DNA from: Candidatus Tayloriibacteriota bacterium
GTDB taxonomy: Bacteria > Patescibacteriota > Minisyncoccia > Phycocordibacterales > PALSA-1337
Reading direction: 5' to 3'
NCBI GenBank assembly: GCA_903857825.1
Contig: CAIOGI010000010.1
Coordinates: 46,542 to 110,541, forward strand
Length of the DNA: 64,000 nucleotides
Positions 1 to 8,618 of the stretch are shown piece by piece. Under the pieces are notes generated by a model. That model saw only the letters and a list, made by a program, of their open reading frames with translations, was not told the DNA's origin and did no database searches. Each line of letters starts with the position of its first letter. Positions within the stretch are counted from its first letter, which is position 1. Position numbers and translations under genes: made by a program.

Positions 1-86
1 TGAATGAACAAGGACCAATACCAAAAACAGTCGAGTCAGAAATAACAACAGAACAAATAATAGCTTTATCAAGGAAAGTTACTGTT

Positions 87-560
87 TTGATGACAAAGCC
101 GGAGAATACTGGTACCAAGGCGCCTTTGTTGTTATTTTTGAAAAATAAAGGGTTAAATGCCCTAAAATATAGATTTACTCTTGATGAAGATAGATTGAAT
201 AGTCTTTATCCTATGATGAAAGACTGGATTGCTACGGTTCAGATGGCCACTGAACAACACATGGAAGACAAAGAAGTTGAGGTGTTCTTGGTGACCTCTG
301 AAGATGGTGAATGTAAGGATGTTAGAGAAGAAGTGCTTAAGCTACGTGGATTGGATCGTGTAGCTTCGAATAATCCAGTTGGCACTTTGAGAAATGAGCT
401 TCCAGGACAAACAATATTTTATGCTGGCACTGAGGCTGATAGCACTGTTCAATACTCTAGAAACGGTTTCCACTGCTCAACTACACCAGAGGAAGTATTA
501 AGTAATTTAAAGACATTTGGTTTGCTTGATGAGGCGAAGAGGTTGGTGGGAGTGGAGTAA
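87..560 (+). CDS. hypothetical protein (157 aa)
   Basis: Isolated ORF with no competing gene; no motif recognised. Confidence 0.6.
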   Translation: MMTKPENTGTKAPLLLFLKNKGLNALKYRFTLDEDRLNSLYPMMKDWIATVQMATEQHMEDKEVEVFLVTSEDGECKDVREEVLKLRGLDRVASNNPVGTLRNELPGQTIFYAGTEADSTVQYSRNGFHCSTTPEEVLSNLKTFGLLDEAKRLVGVE

Positions 561-569
561 TTTGCGTAA

Positions 570-596
570 AAGAAAACCGGGCACTGCTGTCCGGCT
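570..596. terminator. hairpin between convergent genes
   Basis: CCGGGCA-ctgc-TGTCCGG stem preceded by an A-tract (U-tract on the minus strand). Confidence 0.55.
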
Positions 597-617
597 TCGG
601 GGGGGGTCATGAACACG

Positions 618-719
618 TCATTTTTTTTTCTTATTCTCGAAGTAAGGCTGGAGTATCACGAAGAATATGATGACTACCGCGAATAGCACGATACCGCAAA
701 CCGTGTCGATTGTTCTCAT
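618..719 (-). CDS. unannotated 33-aa single-TM microprotein (MRTIDTVCGIVLFAVVIIFFVILQPYFENKKKK)
   Basis: ATG at 719, TGA at 618; hydrophobic core and KKKK tail; consensus promoter directly upstream, hairpin downstream. Confidence 0.65.
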   Translation of the reverse strand: MRTIDTVCGIVLFAVVIIFFVILQPYFENKKKK

Positions 720-727
720 ACTTTGAT

Positions 728-756
728 AGTATATCATCTATTACCATATCTGTCAA
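728..756 (-). promoter_or_regulatory. sigma70 promoter TTGACA-N17-TATACT
   Basis: Near-consensus hexamers, 17-nt spacer, TGn extension, 8 nt before the ATG at 719. Confidence 0.75.
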
Positions 757-770
757 CCATTTTTAATACC

Positions 771-800
771 CAAATACCCCATAAATACTGGGGTATTTTG
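771..800. terminator. intrinsic terminator downstream of aspS
   Basis: AAATACCCCA-taaatac-TGGGGTATTT inverted repeat. Confidence 0.6.
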
Positions 801-832
801 CTACTATTATTAGATAATCCTATCTATTGGTC

Positions 833-2242
833 TTACTTTTCCTCCTCCACTATCTCTATCCCCAATTCTTTCAATTGCTTATCCATTACCTTCCCTGGTG
901 CATTCATCATTGGATCTCTTCCTTCTCCGTTCTTTGGAAATGCTATTACTTCTCGAATATTCGGTTCTACTTCTAGGAAAGTCATAAGTCTATCAAATCC
1001 CCAAGCTATACCTCCGTGTGGTGGTGTGCCTGAACCTAGTGCATTTAACATGTGACCGAAGTTTCTTTCAATTCTCTCATCTTCATAACCCATGATTTTA
1101 AATACAGCCTTAAGAGCTTCTGGATTATGATTTCGTATACTTCCTCCACCGATTTCAGAACCATTGAGAACAATATCGTACTGAGTTGTAAAAATGTTCT
1201 CAATGTTCTTTTGATTCATCAAATCATCCATGAATTCTGGAGTAGGTGAAGAGAAAGGATTGTGTGTGAATGTCCAGCCTTTTGTATCAATATCCTTTTC
1301 AAAGAAAGGCCAGTCGATAACCCAAAGGAAAGCCAAAAGATCAGGATCATTCTTATCAGTACGAATATCAGGTTTATCAACACCATACTTTTCCATTACT
1401 TCTTTATAAGTCAATACTGGGAATGGAACTTGTTGAATCTTCTTGTTTGGATATAGAGTGGTAACAAGGTCTATAAGAATCTTTTCGTTTATCGCCATTA
1501 CATCTTTTCTTTCAACAAAACTCATTTCCATGTCCATTTGTGTGAACTCTGGCTGTCTATCACCGCGACTGTCCTCATCACGCATACATCTAGCAAATTG
1601 AAAATACTTTTCAAAGCCAGATGACATAAGAAGTTGTTTGTATTGCTGAGGACTCTGAGGAAGTGAATAGAATGAACCTCTCTCTAGACGAGAAGGAACA
1701 ATATAGTCTCTTGAACCTTCTGGTGTTGTAGCAGAAAGAAGTGGAGTTTCAATCTCGGTGAAGCCTTCTTTTGCTAAAGCATTTCTAACATGAAGCATGA
1801 CCTTGTGGCGATTTATAATATTCTTCTGAAGTCTAGGTCTTCTGAGATCCTGGTATCGATATTTTAGTCTCACCTCTTCATTAATTTCTTTTCCATCACC
1901 GCGAATATCAATAGGTGGAGTAGTGGCCTCATTTAGCACCTTGATTTCTAAAATCTCAAGCTCTATTTCCCCATTCTGCTTATCCTTCTGTACATTCTTT
2001 GGTGGTCGAGGATTTACTTTACCCTTAACGCAAACAACCCATTCTGGTCTTAGAGTAAAACCTACTTCATGAGCTGCTGTGGCATTTGGTAATATAACTC
2101 CTTGCACCTTTCCTGTGACATCGCGAAAATCAAGGAAAATAAGCTTTCCCTGATCTCGGCGAATATCAACCCAGCCTTTTATAGTTACTTCTTGTCCAAC
2201 TTTTGCACTTAAATCTTTAATATATGTTCTTTCCATGAACAT
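833..2242 (-). CDS. aspS: aspartyl-tRNA synthetase, short bacterial type lacking the GAD insert
   Basis: OB-fold N-terminus, LPQSPQQYKQLLM, motif 2 RDEDSRGDRQPEFTQ, motif 3 PPHGGIAWGFDR. Confidence 0.95.
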   Translation of the reverse strand: MFMERTYIKDLSAKVGQEVTIKGWVDIRRDQGKLIFLDFRDVTGKVQGVILPNATAAHEVGFTLRPEWVVCVKGKVNPRPPKNVQKDKQNGEIELEILEIKVLNEATTPPIDIRGDGKEINEEVRLKYRYQDLRRPRLQKNIINRHKVMLHVRNALAKEGFTEIETPLLSATTPEGSRDYIVPSRLERGSFYSLPQSPQQYKQLLMSSGFEKYFQFARCMRDEDSRGDRQPEFTQMDMEMSFVERKDVMAINEKILIDLVTTLYPNKKIQQVPFPVLTYKEVMEKYGVDKPDIRTDKNDPDLLAFLWVIDWPFFEKDIDTKGWTFTHNPFSSPTPEFMDDLMNQKNIENIFTTQYDIVLNGSEIGGGSIRNHNPEALKAVFKIMGYEDERIERNFGHMLNALGSGTPPHGGIAWGFDRLMTFLEVEPNIREVIAFPKNGEGRDPMMNAPGKVMDKQLKELGIEIVEEEK

Positions 2243-2248
2243 ATCATA

Positions 2249-2479
2249 CTATATATCGAATTCATCTTCAAACTCGTCACTCATTTTTTCTACTGCCTTA
2301 TCTATATAGTGACTATTGTATTGTTTAAGCTCTGAAATATCAGCTCTTGCCTCATCTATATCTTCTTTCATATGGATGAGCTCAATTTTTACCTCTTGAA
2401 AACTCTCATTCATAATATCGACCTTTTTATCTATTCTTGCCAATGCCCCAAGCACAAAAGTATATTGTTCTTCTTGCAT
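2249..2479 (-). CDS. small acidic coiled-coil hypothetical protein
   Basis: Heptad pattern; co-directional with aspS, 6 bp gap. Confidence 0.6.
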   Translation of the reverse strand: MQEEQYTFVLGALARIDKKVDIMNESFQEVKIELIHMKEDIDEARADISELKQYNSHYIDKAVEKMSDEFEDEFDI

Positions 2480-2588
2480 ATATAAATTACATTTTACAAA
2501 ATCCCTTTCGAGGATTTCTAATAATGTAGAAAGTATAGAAAAAAGTTATTAAGAAATTCTAAAGGAATTCTTAAGAAATGATAAAGAT

Positions 2589-3539
2589 TTAGTTTACGCC
2601 AATATTTTTCTTTACTGTCAAAAGCTTGGCATCAGCACGTGTCTTAGCTCGAGATGCTCCGTCTGCAAGAATGGCTTTAATTTCCTCAACATTTTTACTT
2701 AACTCTTCTCTCTTTTCTCTCAATGGTTTTATAAATGCGTCAAGGTCTTCTATAAGAGTTTCTTTCAATATTTTATACTTGCCCTTATTTTGATCATAAA
2801 TAGCCTTCAATTCCTCGTCTGAGCGTAGTAATTTATGAATGTTATATACATTTACCGGTGTCTCGCCACTTGAATCTGTGACAATGCTCATAACAGCTTT
2901 TGTTATTTCCTCTCGAGTAGCAAAAAGTGGAATTGTATTCTTATAACTCTTACTCATTTTCTGTCCATCTGTGCCGGGTACCACCGCAACCTCTTTCATT
3001 ATGAAAGGCTCAGGAAGTTTGAAAGTTTCTCCGAAGGTATTGTTGAACTTTTGAGCTGTATCGCGTGTATATTCTATGTGTTGTTTTTGATCCTGACCAA
3101 CTGGAACTGTGTCCACATCGTATAAGAGAATATCAGCAGCCATAAGCATAGGATAATTAAATGTACCAACACTAATCTCCTTATCCTTCGCTTCTGCGTC
3201 CTTGAAGGCATGCGCACGCATAAGGTAAGGCATGGTGGTGATAGTATCAAAGATCCAAGCTAGCTCAGTGTGTGCAGATACGTCTGACTGTTTAAAAATG
3301 GTTGAGGTTTTTGGATCAAGTCCAATGGCAAGATAATCCAAAATAAAATCTAAGGTATATTCGCGCATCTCCTTGGCGTTTTGAACAGTATTTAGAGCGT
3401 GATAATCAGCAATCATGAAGAAACAATCATACTTACCACTATTTTGTAATTCAACCATCTGTTTCATCGCACCAAAATAGTTTCCAATATGCAATTTACC
3501 TGATGGCTTTAATCCTGATAGTAATGTTTTTTTTGACAT
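2589..3539 (-). CDS. trpS: tryptophanyl-tRNA synthetase
   Basis: HIGN and KMSKS motifs, YPMLMAADIL, VPVGQDQKQH. Confidence 0.97.
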   Translation of the reverse strand: MSKKTLLSGLKPSGKLHIGNYFGAMKQMVELQNSGKYDCFFMIADYHALNTVQNAKEMREYTLDFILDYLAIGLDPKTSTIFKQSDVSAHTELAWIFDTITTMPYLMRAHAFKDAEAKDKEISVGTFNYPMLMAADILLYDVDTVPVGQDQKQHIEYTRDTAQKFNNTFGETFKLPEPFIMKEVAVVPGTDGQKMSKSYKNTIPLFATREEITKAVMSIVTDSSGETPVNVYNIHKLLRSDEELKAIYDQNKGKYKILKETLIEDLDAFIKPLREKREELSKNVEEIKAILADGASRAKTRADAKLLTVKKNIGVN

Positions 3540-3571
3540 GCATTAAATATAGCAGAAAAAGAAAAAGGGGG

Positions 3572-4453
3572 CTATAGCCCCTCCTTCTTCAATTCCTCAA
3601 TTAGTTTCTGGGCGGTTTTCGATACTTTCTTTGGCATTTCAACCTTTGTAACTATTAGCAAATCACCTCTCCGACCTCTTTCGTCCGGAACACCCTTTTG
3701 TCTAACTCTCAATATTTCATTATGCGTTGTTCCTGTTGGTATCTTCAATTCAATTTTTCCATCAAGTGTTTCAACATCCAATGTAGCTCCTAGTAGTGCC
3801 GTTGTAAGTTTGAGCTGTAATTCCATTACTATGTTGTAACCCTCTTTTCTAAATACAGAATGTTCCTCCACCCAGATACGCACAATGAGATCACCTTTTC
3901 CTCCAGGACCATCCTCGCCTTTTCCTTGAACTCTTAACCCCTGACCGTTCTCGATACCAGCAGGAATAGTAACGACTATTTTTTCTTTATTAATATTTAA
4001 TTCTTTCTCAAGTCCAAAAACTGATTCCTTGAAAGAGAGTTGCACATCTACAGTAATATTTGCTCCTCTACGAGGTCGTCTACCTCCTCCAAAAAAATCT
4101 CCGAATAGATCCCCAAGATCGAATTCAAAGCTTTGGCCTCCTCCTTGTGCTTGCTGTCTCGCAAATCCAGAAAAGTCGAAGCCACCGAATCCTTGACCTC
4201 CATTAAATCCATTGAAGCCACCTTGCCCACCACCGAAACCATTTGGTTCAGCTGGACCAAATGTATCGTACTGCTGTCGCTTCTGATCATCAGAAAGTGT
4301 TGTGTAAGCTTCGTTTATCTCTTTGAATTTCGCATCGTTTCCATTATTTTTGTCAGGATGATGTTCATGAGCAAGCTTTCTAAAAGCTTTCTTTATATCG
4401 TCTTTTGAAGCGCTCTTTTCAACGCCGAGTATTTTGTAATAGTCTTTTGACAT
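3572..4453 (-). CDS. dnaJ: DnaJ/CbpA-type co-chaperone without zinc finger
   Basis: J-domain with HPD, G/F-rich linker, C-terminal DnaJ domain; no CxxCxGxG repeats. Confidence 0.9.
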   Translation of the reverse strand: MSKDYYKILGVEKSASKDDIKKAFRKLAHEHHPDKNNGNDAKFKEINEAYTTLSDDQKRQQYDTFGPAEPNGFGGGQGGFNGFNGGQGFGGFDFSGFARQQAQGGGQSFEFDLGDLFGDFFGGGRRPRRGANITVDVQLSFKESVFGLEKELNINKEKIVVTIPAGIENGQGLRVQGKGEDGPGGKGDLIVRIWVEEHSVFRKEGYNIVMELQLKLTTALLGATLDVETLDGKIELKIPTGTTHNEILRVRQKGVPDERGRRGDLLIVTKVEMPKKVSKTAQKLIEELKKEGL

Positions 4454-4486
4454 GGCTGTGATTATAGCAAAAATGAGGTTTTTTTG

Positions 4487-5233
4487 CTATTTCAACCCAT
4501 CAACATATTTTTCTGCAGACTTTAACACAGCTTCCAACATAAAATTCTCATAATCATCTTTACCTCCTCCAGTCTGAGCCTTTTCAAGTGATGTAACGTA
4601 AATCCTGCGATCTTCAGGATGAATGACTACTGGAGGATAATCGTTCTGCATTAGTATAAGGTTAAGCAATAGTCTAGCTGTTCTTCCATTGCCATCTGTA
4701 AACGGGTGTATGGAAACCAGGCGATAATGCGCTTCAATTGCTGTCAGCACAGGATGCTCAGTTGTTTTGCTAATCCATTTTACAAATTCTGTCATAAGAT
4801 CTGGTACTGAAGCTGGGTTTGGCATGATAGATGTAGAACCGGTAATGCGTACAGGTATTGTACGCAATCTTCCAGAGTTTACGTCGTCATTCTTTTGCAA
4901 AAGAATTCTATGTATATCGAGAATAACAGCCAGGGTAATATCACTTAGCTTTTTATTATTTTCAGCAAACTTTTTTATATATTCTACTGCTTCAGAATGA
5001 TTCTTTGCTTCTATAAGCTCTCTAAGTTGTTTACCTTCTATGCTTATATCCTTTTCTACTACTAAGGCTGTTTCTTGGCGAGATAGAGTGTTTCCTTCGA
5101 GAGCATTAGAAGTATAAGTAAGCTCAATACGATACCATTCATCTAGGTTCTTTACGAGTGCTGGGTCAATAATTCCATGACTAGCAATTTTTGCTTTAAT
5201 TTCATCGATTTTACTAAGTAATTCTTGTTTCAT
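4487..5233 (-). CDS. Fic-family AMPylase (class II)
   Basis: Catalytic HPFTDGNGRTAR and inhibitory SNALEGN motifs. Confidence 0.93.
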   Translation of the reverse strand: MKQELLSKIDEIKAKIASHGIIDPALVKNLDEWYRIELTYTSNALEGNTLSRQETALVVEKDISIEGKQLRELIEAKNHSEAVEYIKKFAENNKKLSDITLAVILDIHRILLQKNDDVNSGRLRTIPVRITGSTSIMPNPASVPDLMTEFVKWISKTTEHPVLTAIEAHYRLVSIHPFTDGNGRTARLLLNLILMQNDYPPVVIHPEDRRIYVTSLEKAQTGGGKDDYENFMLEAVLKSAEKYVDGLK

Positions 5234-5384
5234 TTGACATTATCATAACAGATAAATGAAATTTAAATAACCCTTGACCTCATCGAGTATTTATGCTTAA
5301 ATAGAGTAAACAAGAACGGGGGGGTGATATGTTGTGATTACCCACTGTTCTTCACACAAACACACAACAAGAATTGGATTACCA

Positions 5385-5572
5385 TGATAGCGTTTGGACT
5401 TTTAAACATCGGCTTCTCGATTATGGCTTTGGCCATATGTTTTGCGAATTTAGTGCGTAAATCGCAAGAACAGTTTGGGCCAATGCAAGTCGCATGTTTT
5501 GGTTTAACCTGCACAACTTTGTTACTGGTTTTGTGCAAGGGATGCTCAGTTGCGATGGATATTTGGCACTGA
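5385..5572 (+). CDS. small two-TM hypothetical protein (start uncertain; ORF open from 5324)
   Basis: Two hydrophobic stretches; TTGACC-N17-TTAAAT upstream (5274-5302), leader hairpin, strong terminator after the stop. Confidence 0.55.
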
Positions 5573-5573
5573 C

Positions 5574-5618
5574 CGAAGTCGGCCCCCACTTACGTGGGAC
5601 AAGCCGGCTTCGTTTTTT
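5574..5618 (+). terminator. rho-independent terminator
   Basis: CGAAGTCGGC...GCCGGCTTCG stem followed by TTTTTT. Confidence 0.8.
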
Positions 5619-5624
5619 ATATTT

Positions 5625-5885
5625 AGTATTATGCATATTTTGCATAATACTCGTTTGTAATGTGCATTATTTGCACTTTCCTTTTGAACTTGTAGGGATT
5701 ACTTACAAGTTGAGTATGTTACAAATTGGAACTACCTTATACAAGTATTCCGGAATTTCCGGATAACTGCCGAACCGTTGCATTATTTGCAACAGTTGCC
5801 TGGGCCTCAACTTGTTCCAATATGGAAACAGTAGTAAAGGATTTCTTTACCACTCATCCAGTTGTTGCATTATTTGCAACAACTG
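5625..5885. repeat. array of nine sequence-diverse ~25-bp palindromes (arms up to 10-11 bp, 5-bp AT-rich core)
   Basis: Dyad centres at 5638, 5669, 5699, 5725, 5756, 5785, 5821, 5842, 5872; e.g. AGTATTATGCA-tattt-TGCATAATACT and CAGTTGTTGCA-ttatt-TGCAACAACTG. Confidence 0.9.
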
Positions 5886-5995
5886 AATCTTGCTAAAATA
5901 TATTCTATATGTTTGAATGCTGTTTTTTGACAAAATCTTTAGAACTTCTTAAGAACTTTTTGTTACATTATGCAAATTATTAGCATAATTTAAAT

Positions 5996-6385
5996 ATGAT
6001 GATTAAAAATTTTGATAAATGGAATAAAAACAAGAAGATTATTAATAACTCAAAAACATATCCACTGTATAATCAAAGAGAAATCTGGTGGTGTTCGCTC
6101 GGTGTAAATATTGGCTACGAACATGACGGGGACAAAGTAGAATATCAGAGGCCTGTACTTATATTGAAAGGTTTAAGTAAATATACGTGTTTTATAGTTC
6201 CTTTAACATCATCTTTACATAGGCATAAAATGAGAATCCCCTTAGGAATAATTAATGACAAAAGTGCTAGTGCTGTGATTTCTCAATTTCGAACTATTGA
6301 TACAAAGAGATTAACCGAGAAAATTTGCTATCTTGACGAAACTGTATTTGAATTAACGAGAAAAGCTACCAAAGACCTGCTCTGA
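5996..6385 (+). CDS. PemK/MazF-like endoribonuclease toxin with no adjacent protein antitoxin
   Basis: REIWWCSLGVNIGYE...RPVLILK...IVPLTS...SQFRTIDTKRL PemK-fold signature. Confidence 0.88.
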   Translation: MMIKNFDKWNKNKKIINNSKTYPLYNQREIWWCSLGVNIGYEHDGDKVEYQRPVLILKGLSKYTCFIVPLTSSLHRHKMRIPLGIINDKSASAVISQFRTIDTKRLTEKICYLDETVFELTRKATKDLL

Positions 6386-6402
6386 TAGCTTTTCCTCACT
6401 AA

Positions 6403-6487
6403 TCCCCTCATTTAAGAGGTAAGCCCGAAGGCACTGTTTTTCTTTTCTCCCCTCTTTCGAGAGGCGTTTGCTCGCGTAGAGCATTTT
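6403..6487. repeat. two tandem double-hairpin units downstream of the pemK-like gene
   Basis: CCTC-atttaa-GAGG + GCC-cgaa-GGC, then CCTCT-ttcg-AGAGG + TGCTC-gcgta-GAGCA. Confidence 0.6.
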
Positions 6488-6525
6488 ATGACATTATATT
6501 ATCATATTTAACTCTAAACGCAACC

Positions 6526-8439
6526 CTACTTCTTTTCTTTGAATTCAGCATCCTTCACATCTCCCTCTGGTCCTTTTTGCTCGCCTGCTCCGCCTGTTGG
6601 ACCACCTGCTGGTGGTGTTTGCTTTGCTGCTTCAGCCTGAGCTTTTGATAGTATTTCACCTATCTTTGAAAGCTCACTTGAAAGTGCTTCTGTAGACTTC
6701 TTTAGTAAAGCTGGATCTGTTCCTTCCTTTGAAGTTTTTACATCAGCGATTTTGTCTTCAATGGACTTTCTCAAATCTGCTGGGACCTTGTCACCTGCGT
6801 CTTTCAATGATTTCTCTGAAGTATAGATGAGCTGCTCTGCAATATTCTTTGCTTCAATCATTTCTTTTTTCTTTGCATCTTCTACTGCATGCATTTCAGC
6901 TTCTTTTGTCATCTTTTCAACTTCTTCTTTTGAAAGACCTGAGCTTGCTGTGATCTTTATGCTATTTGTCTTTCCTGTTGTCTTATCCTTTGCAGTAACA
7001 GAAAGGATACCATTAGCATCTAGATCAAATGTAACCTCGACTTGTGGCATACCGCGAGGTGCAGGGGCAATACCATCAAGTATAAATCTACCTAGAGACT
7101 TATTATCACCTGACAATGGTCTTTCACCCTGAGTAATATGAATTTCTACGGATGTTTGATTGTCAGCTGCTGTAGAGAAGATTTGAGACTTCTGGGTAGG
7201 GATAGTAGTGTTCTTCTCAATGAGTTTTGTAGCAACTCCACCCATTGTTTCAATTCCTAGAGAAAGAGGAGTAACATCTAGTAGAAGTACGCCTTTTACG
7301 TCTCCTGCCAAGATACCTCCTTGAATAGCAGCACCCACCGCAACCACCTCGTCAGGATTTACACCAAGGTGCAACTCCTTTCCGAAGAAATCCTTCACAG
7401 CCTTTTGCATAGCCGGCATACGTGTCTGTCCTCCGACAAGAACAATCTCATTTATATCTGCAATCTTGAACGGAGAAGCTTCCATAGCTCTCTTGGTGAT
7501 TTCCATTGCACGATCAATGAACTCTTTTGTAAGTTCCTCAAGCTTTGCTCGAGTCATGGTAATAAGTAAGTGCTTTGGACCATCTGCGCCTGAAGTAAGG
7601 AATGGAATATTCACTTCTGTTTGAACTGCTGTTGAAAGCTCTATCTTTGCCTTTTCTGCTGCTTCATCTAGTCTCTGAAGTGCTAGTGCATCCTTTCTAA
7701 CATCAATTCCCTCTTGCTTCTTGAATTCATCTGCAAGCCAATTGATAATCTTCTGATCAATATCCTTTCCTCCAAGGTGTGCATCTCCGTCTGTAGACTT
7801 TACTTCCACTACATCATCTCCAACCTCTAGTACTGATATATCGAATGTTCCTCCACCGAAGTCAAAGACTACTATTTTCTCGTCCTTTTTCTTGTCGAAT
7901 CCATAAGCCAATGCTGCTGCCGTTGGCTCATTTATAATTCTTTTTACATCTAGTCCCGCTATCTTTCCTGCATCTTTTGTTGCTTGTCTTTGTGCATCGT
8001 TGAAGTATGCGGGTACAGTAATAACTGCCTCTGTGACTGGTTCTCCAAGACGTGACTCCGCATCAGCCTTTAGTTTTCCAATGATCATTGCTGAGATCTC
8101 CTCTGGTCTATACCATTTATCTCCCATCTTTACTTCTATTCCTCCTGATGCAGACTTTTGCATTTCGAAAGGTACAGAAGCTCTATCCTTTTGTACTGCA
8201 GGATCATCGAAGTTGTGACCGATGAATCTCTTGATCTGATAAATAGTATTCTTTGGATTTGTAACTCCTTGTCTCTTGGCTAATAGACCCACCATTCTAT
8301 CGCCTGTTTTTGATTGCGCGATAATAGACGGTGTGGTTCTAGCACCTTCTGCGTTTTCTAATATTTTAGGTGTACCAGCTTCCATCACAGCGACGGCAGA
8401 GTTGGTAGTACCTAGGTCGATTCCTATAATTTTGGACAT
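6526..8439 (-). CDS. dnaK: chaperone DnaK (Hsp70)
   Basis: [25 protein letters not shown] and other Hsp70 motifs. Confidence 0.99.
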   Translation of the reverse strand: MSKIIGIDLGTTNSAVAVMEAGTPKILENAEGARTTPSIIAQSKTGDRMVGLLAKRQGVTNPKNTIYQIKRFIGHNFDDPAVQKDRASVPFEMQKSASGGIEVKMGDKWYRPEEISAMIIGKLKADAESRLGEPVTEAVITVPAYFNDAQRQATKDAGKIAGLDVKRIINEPTAAALAYGFDKKKDEKIVVFDFGGGTFDISVLEVGDDVVEVKSTDGDAHLGGKDIDQKIINWLADEFKKQEGIDVRKDALALQRLDEAAEKAKIELSTAVQTEVNIPFLTSGADGPKHLLITMTRAKLEELTKEFIDRAMEITKRAMEASPFKIADINEIVLVGGQTRMPAMQKAVKDFFGKELHLGVNPDEVVAVGAAIQGGILAGDVKGVLLLDVTPLSLGIETMGGVATKLIEKNTTIPTQKSQIFSTAADNQTSVEIHITQGERPLSGDNKSLGRFILDGIAPAPRGMPQVEVTFDLDANGILSVTAKDKTTGKTNSIKITASSGLSKEEVEKMTKEAEMHAVEDAKKKEMIEAKNIAEQLIYTSEKSLKDAGDKVPADLRKSIEDKIADVKTSKEGTDPALLKKSTEALSSELSKIGEILSKAQAEAAKQTPPAGGPTGGAGEQKGPEGDVKDAEFKEKK

Positions 8440-8498
8440 GGTTAATTATTTGATTAATTTAGTAATTTTGCTATTGTTATCTTGAAGGAGGTGATTAT

Positions 8499-8618
8499 AT
8501 GAATCACTGGACATCAGTCAGTTGGGCGCTACCTGTTGTGGCGCGCTACATGGTCGGAGCCATGCTTGGGCGAGGAAACCAGTCTGGGAGTACTCGCCCT
8601 TTATATTTATACTATTAG
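8499..8618 (+). CDS. possible 39-aa ORF or small RNA divergent from dnaK
   Basis: Perfect SD AAGGAGGTGAT before ATG 8499; TTGATT-N16-TGcTATTGT promoter; GGGCGAG/CTCGCCC hairpin near the 3' end. Confidence 0.35.
   Translation: MNHWTSVSWALPVVARYMVGAMLGRGNQSGSTRPLYLYY

Noticed and set aside
5494-5766. 90-aa ORF (and 5338-5589, 5421-5645) from the ORF track
   Set aside because: They cross or overlap the terminator, the palindromes or the better-supported small membrane ORF; likely spurious
5625-5885. CRISPR array or integron attC interpretation of the palindrome array
   Set aside because: Units are not identical repeats, gaps are at most ~11 nt (no spacers or cassettes), and no cas or integrase gene is in the window
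5967-5989. ATTATGC-N9-GCATAAT as a tenth array unit
   Set aside because: Different core spacing and ~80 bp away; more likely a pemK promoter operator or chance
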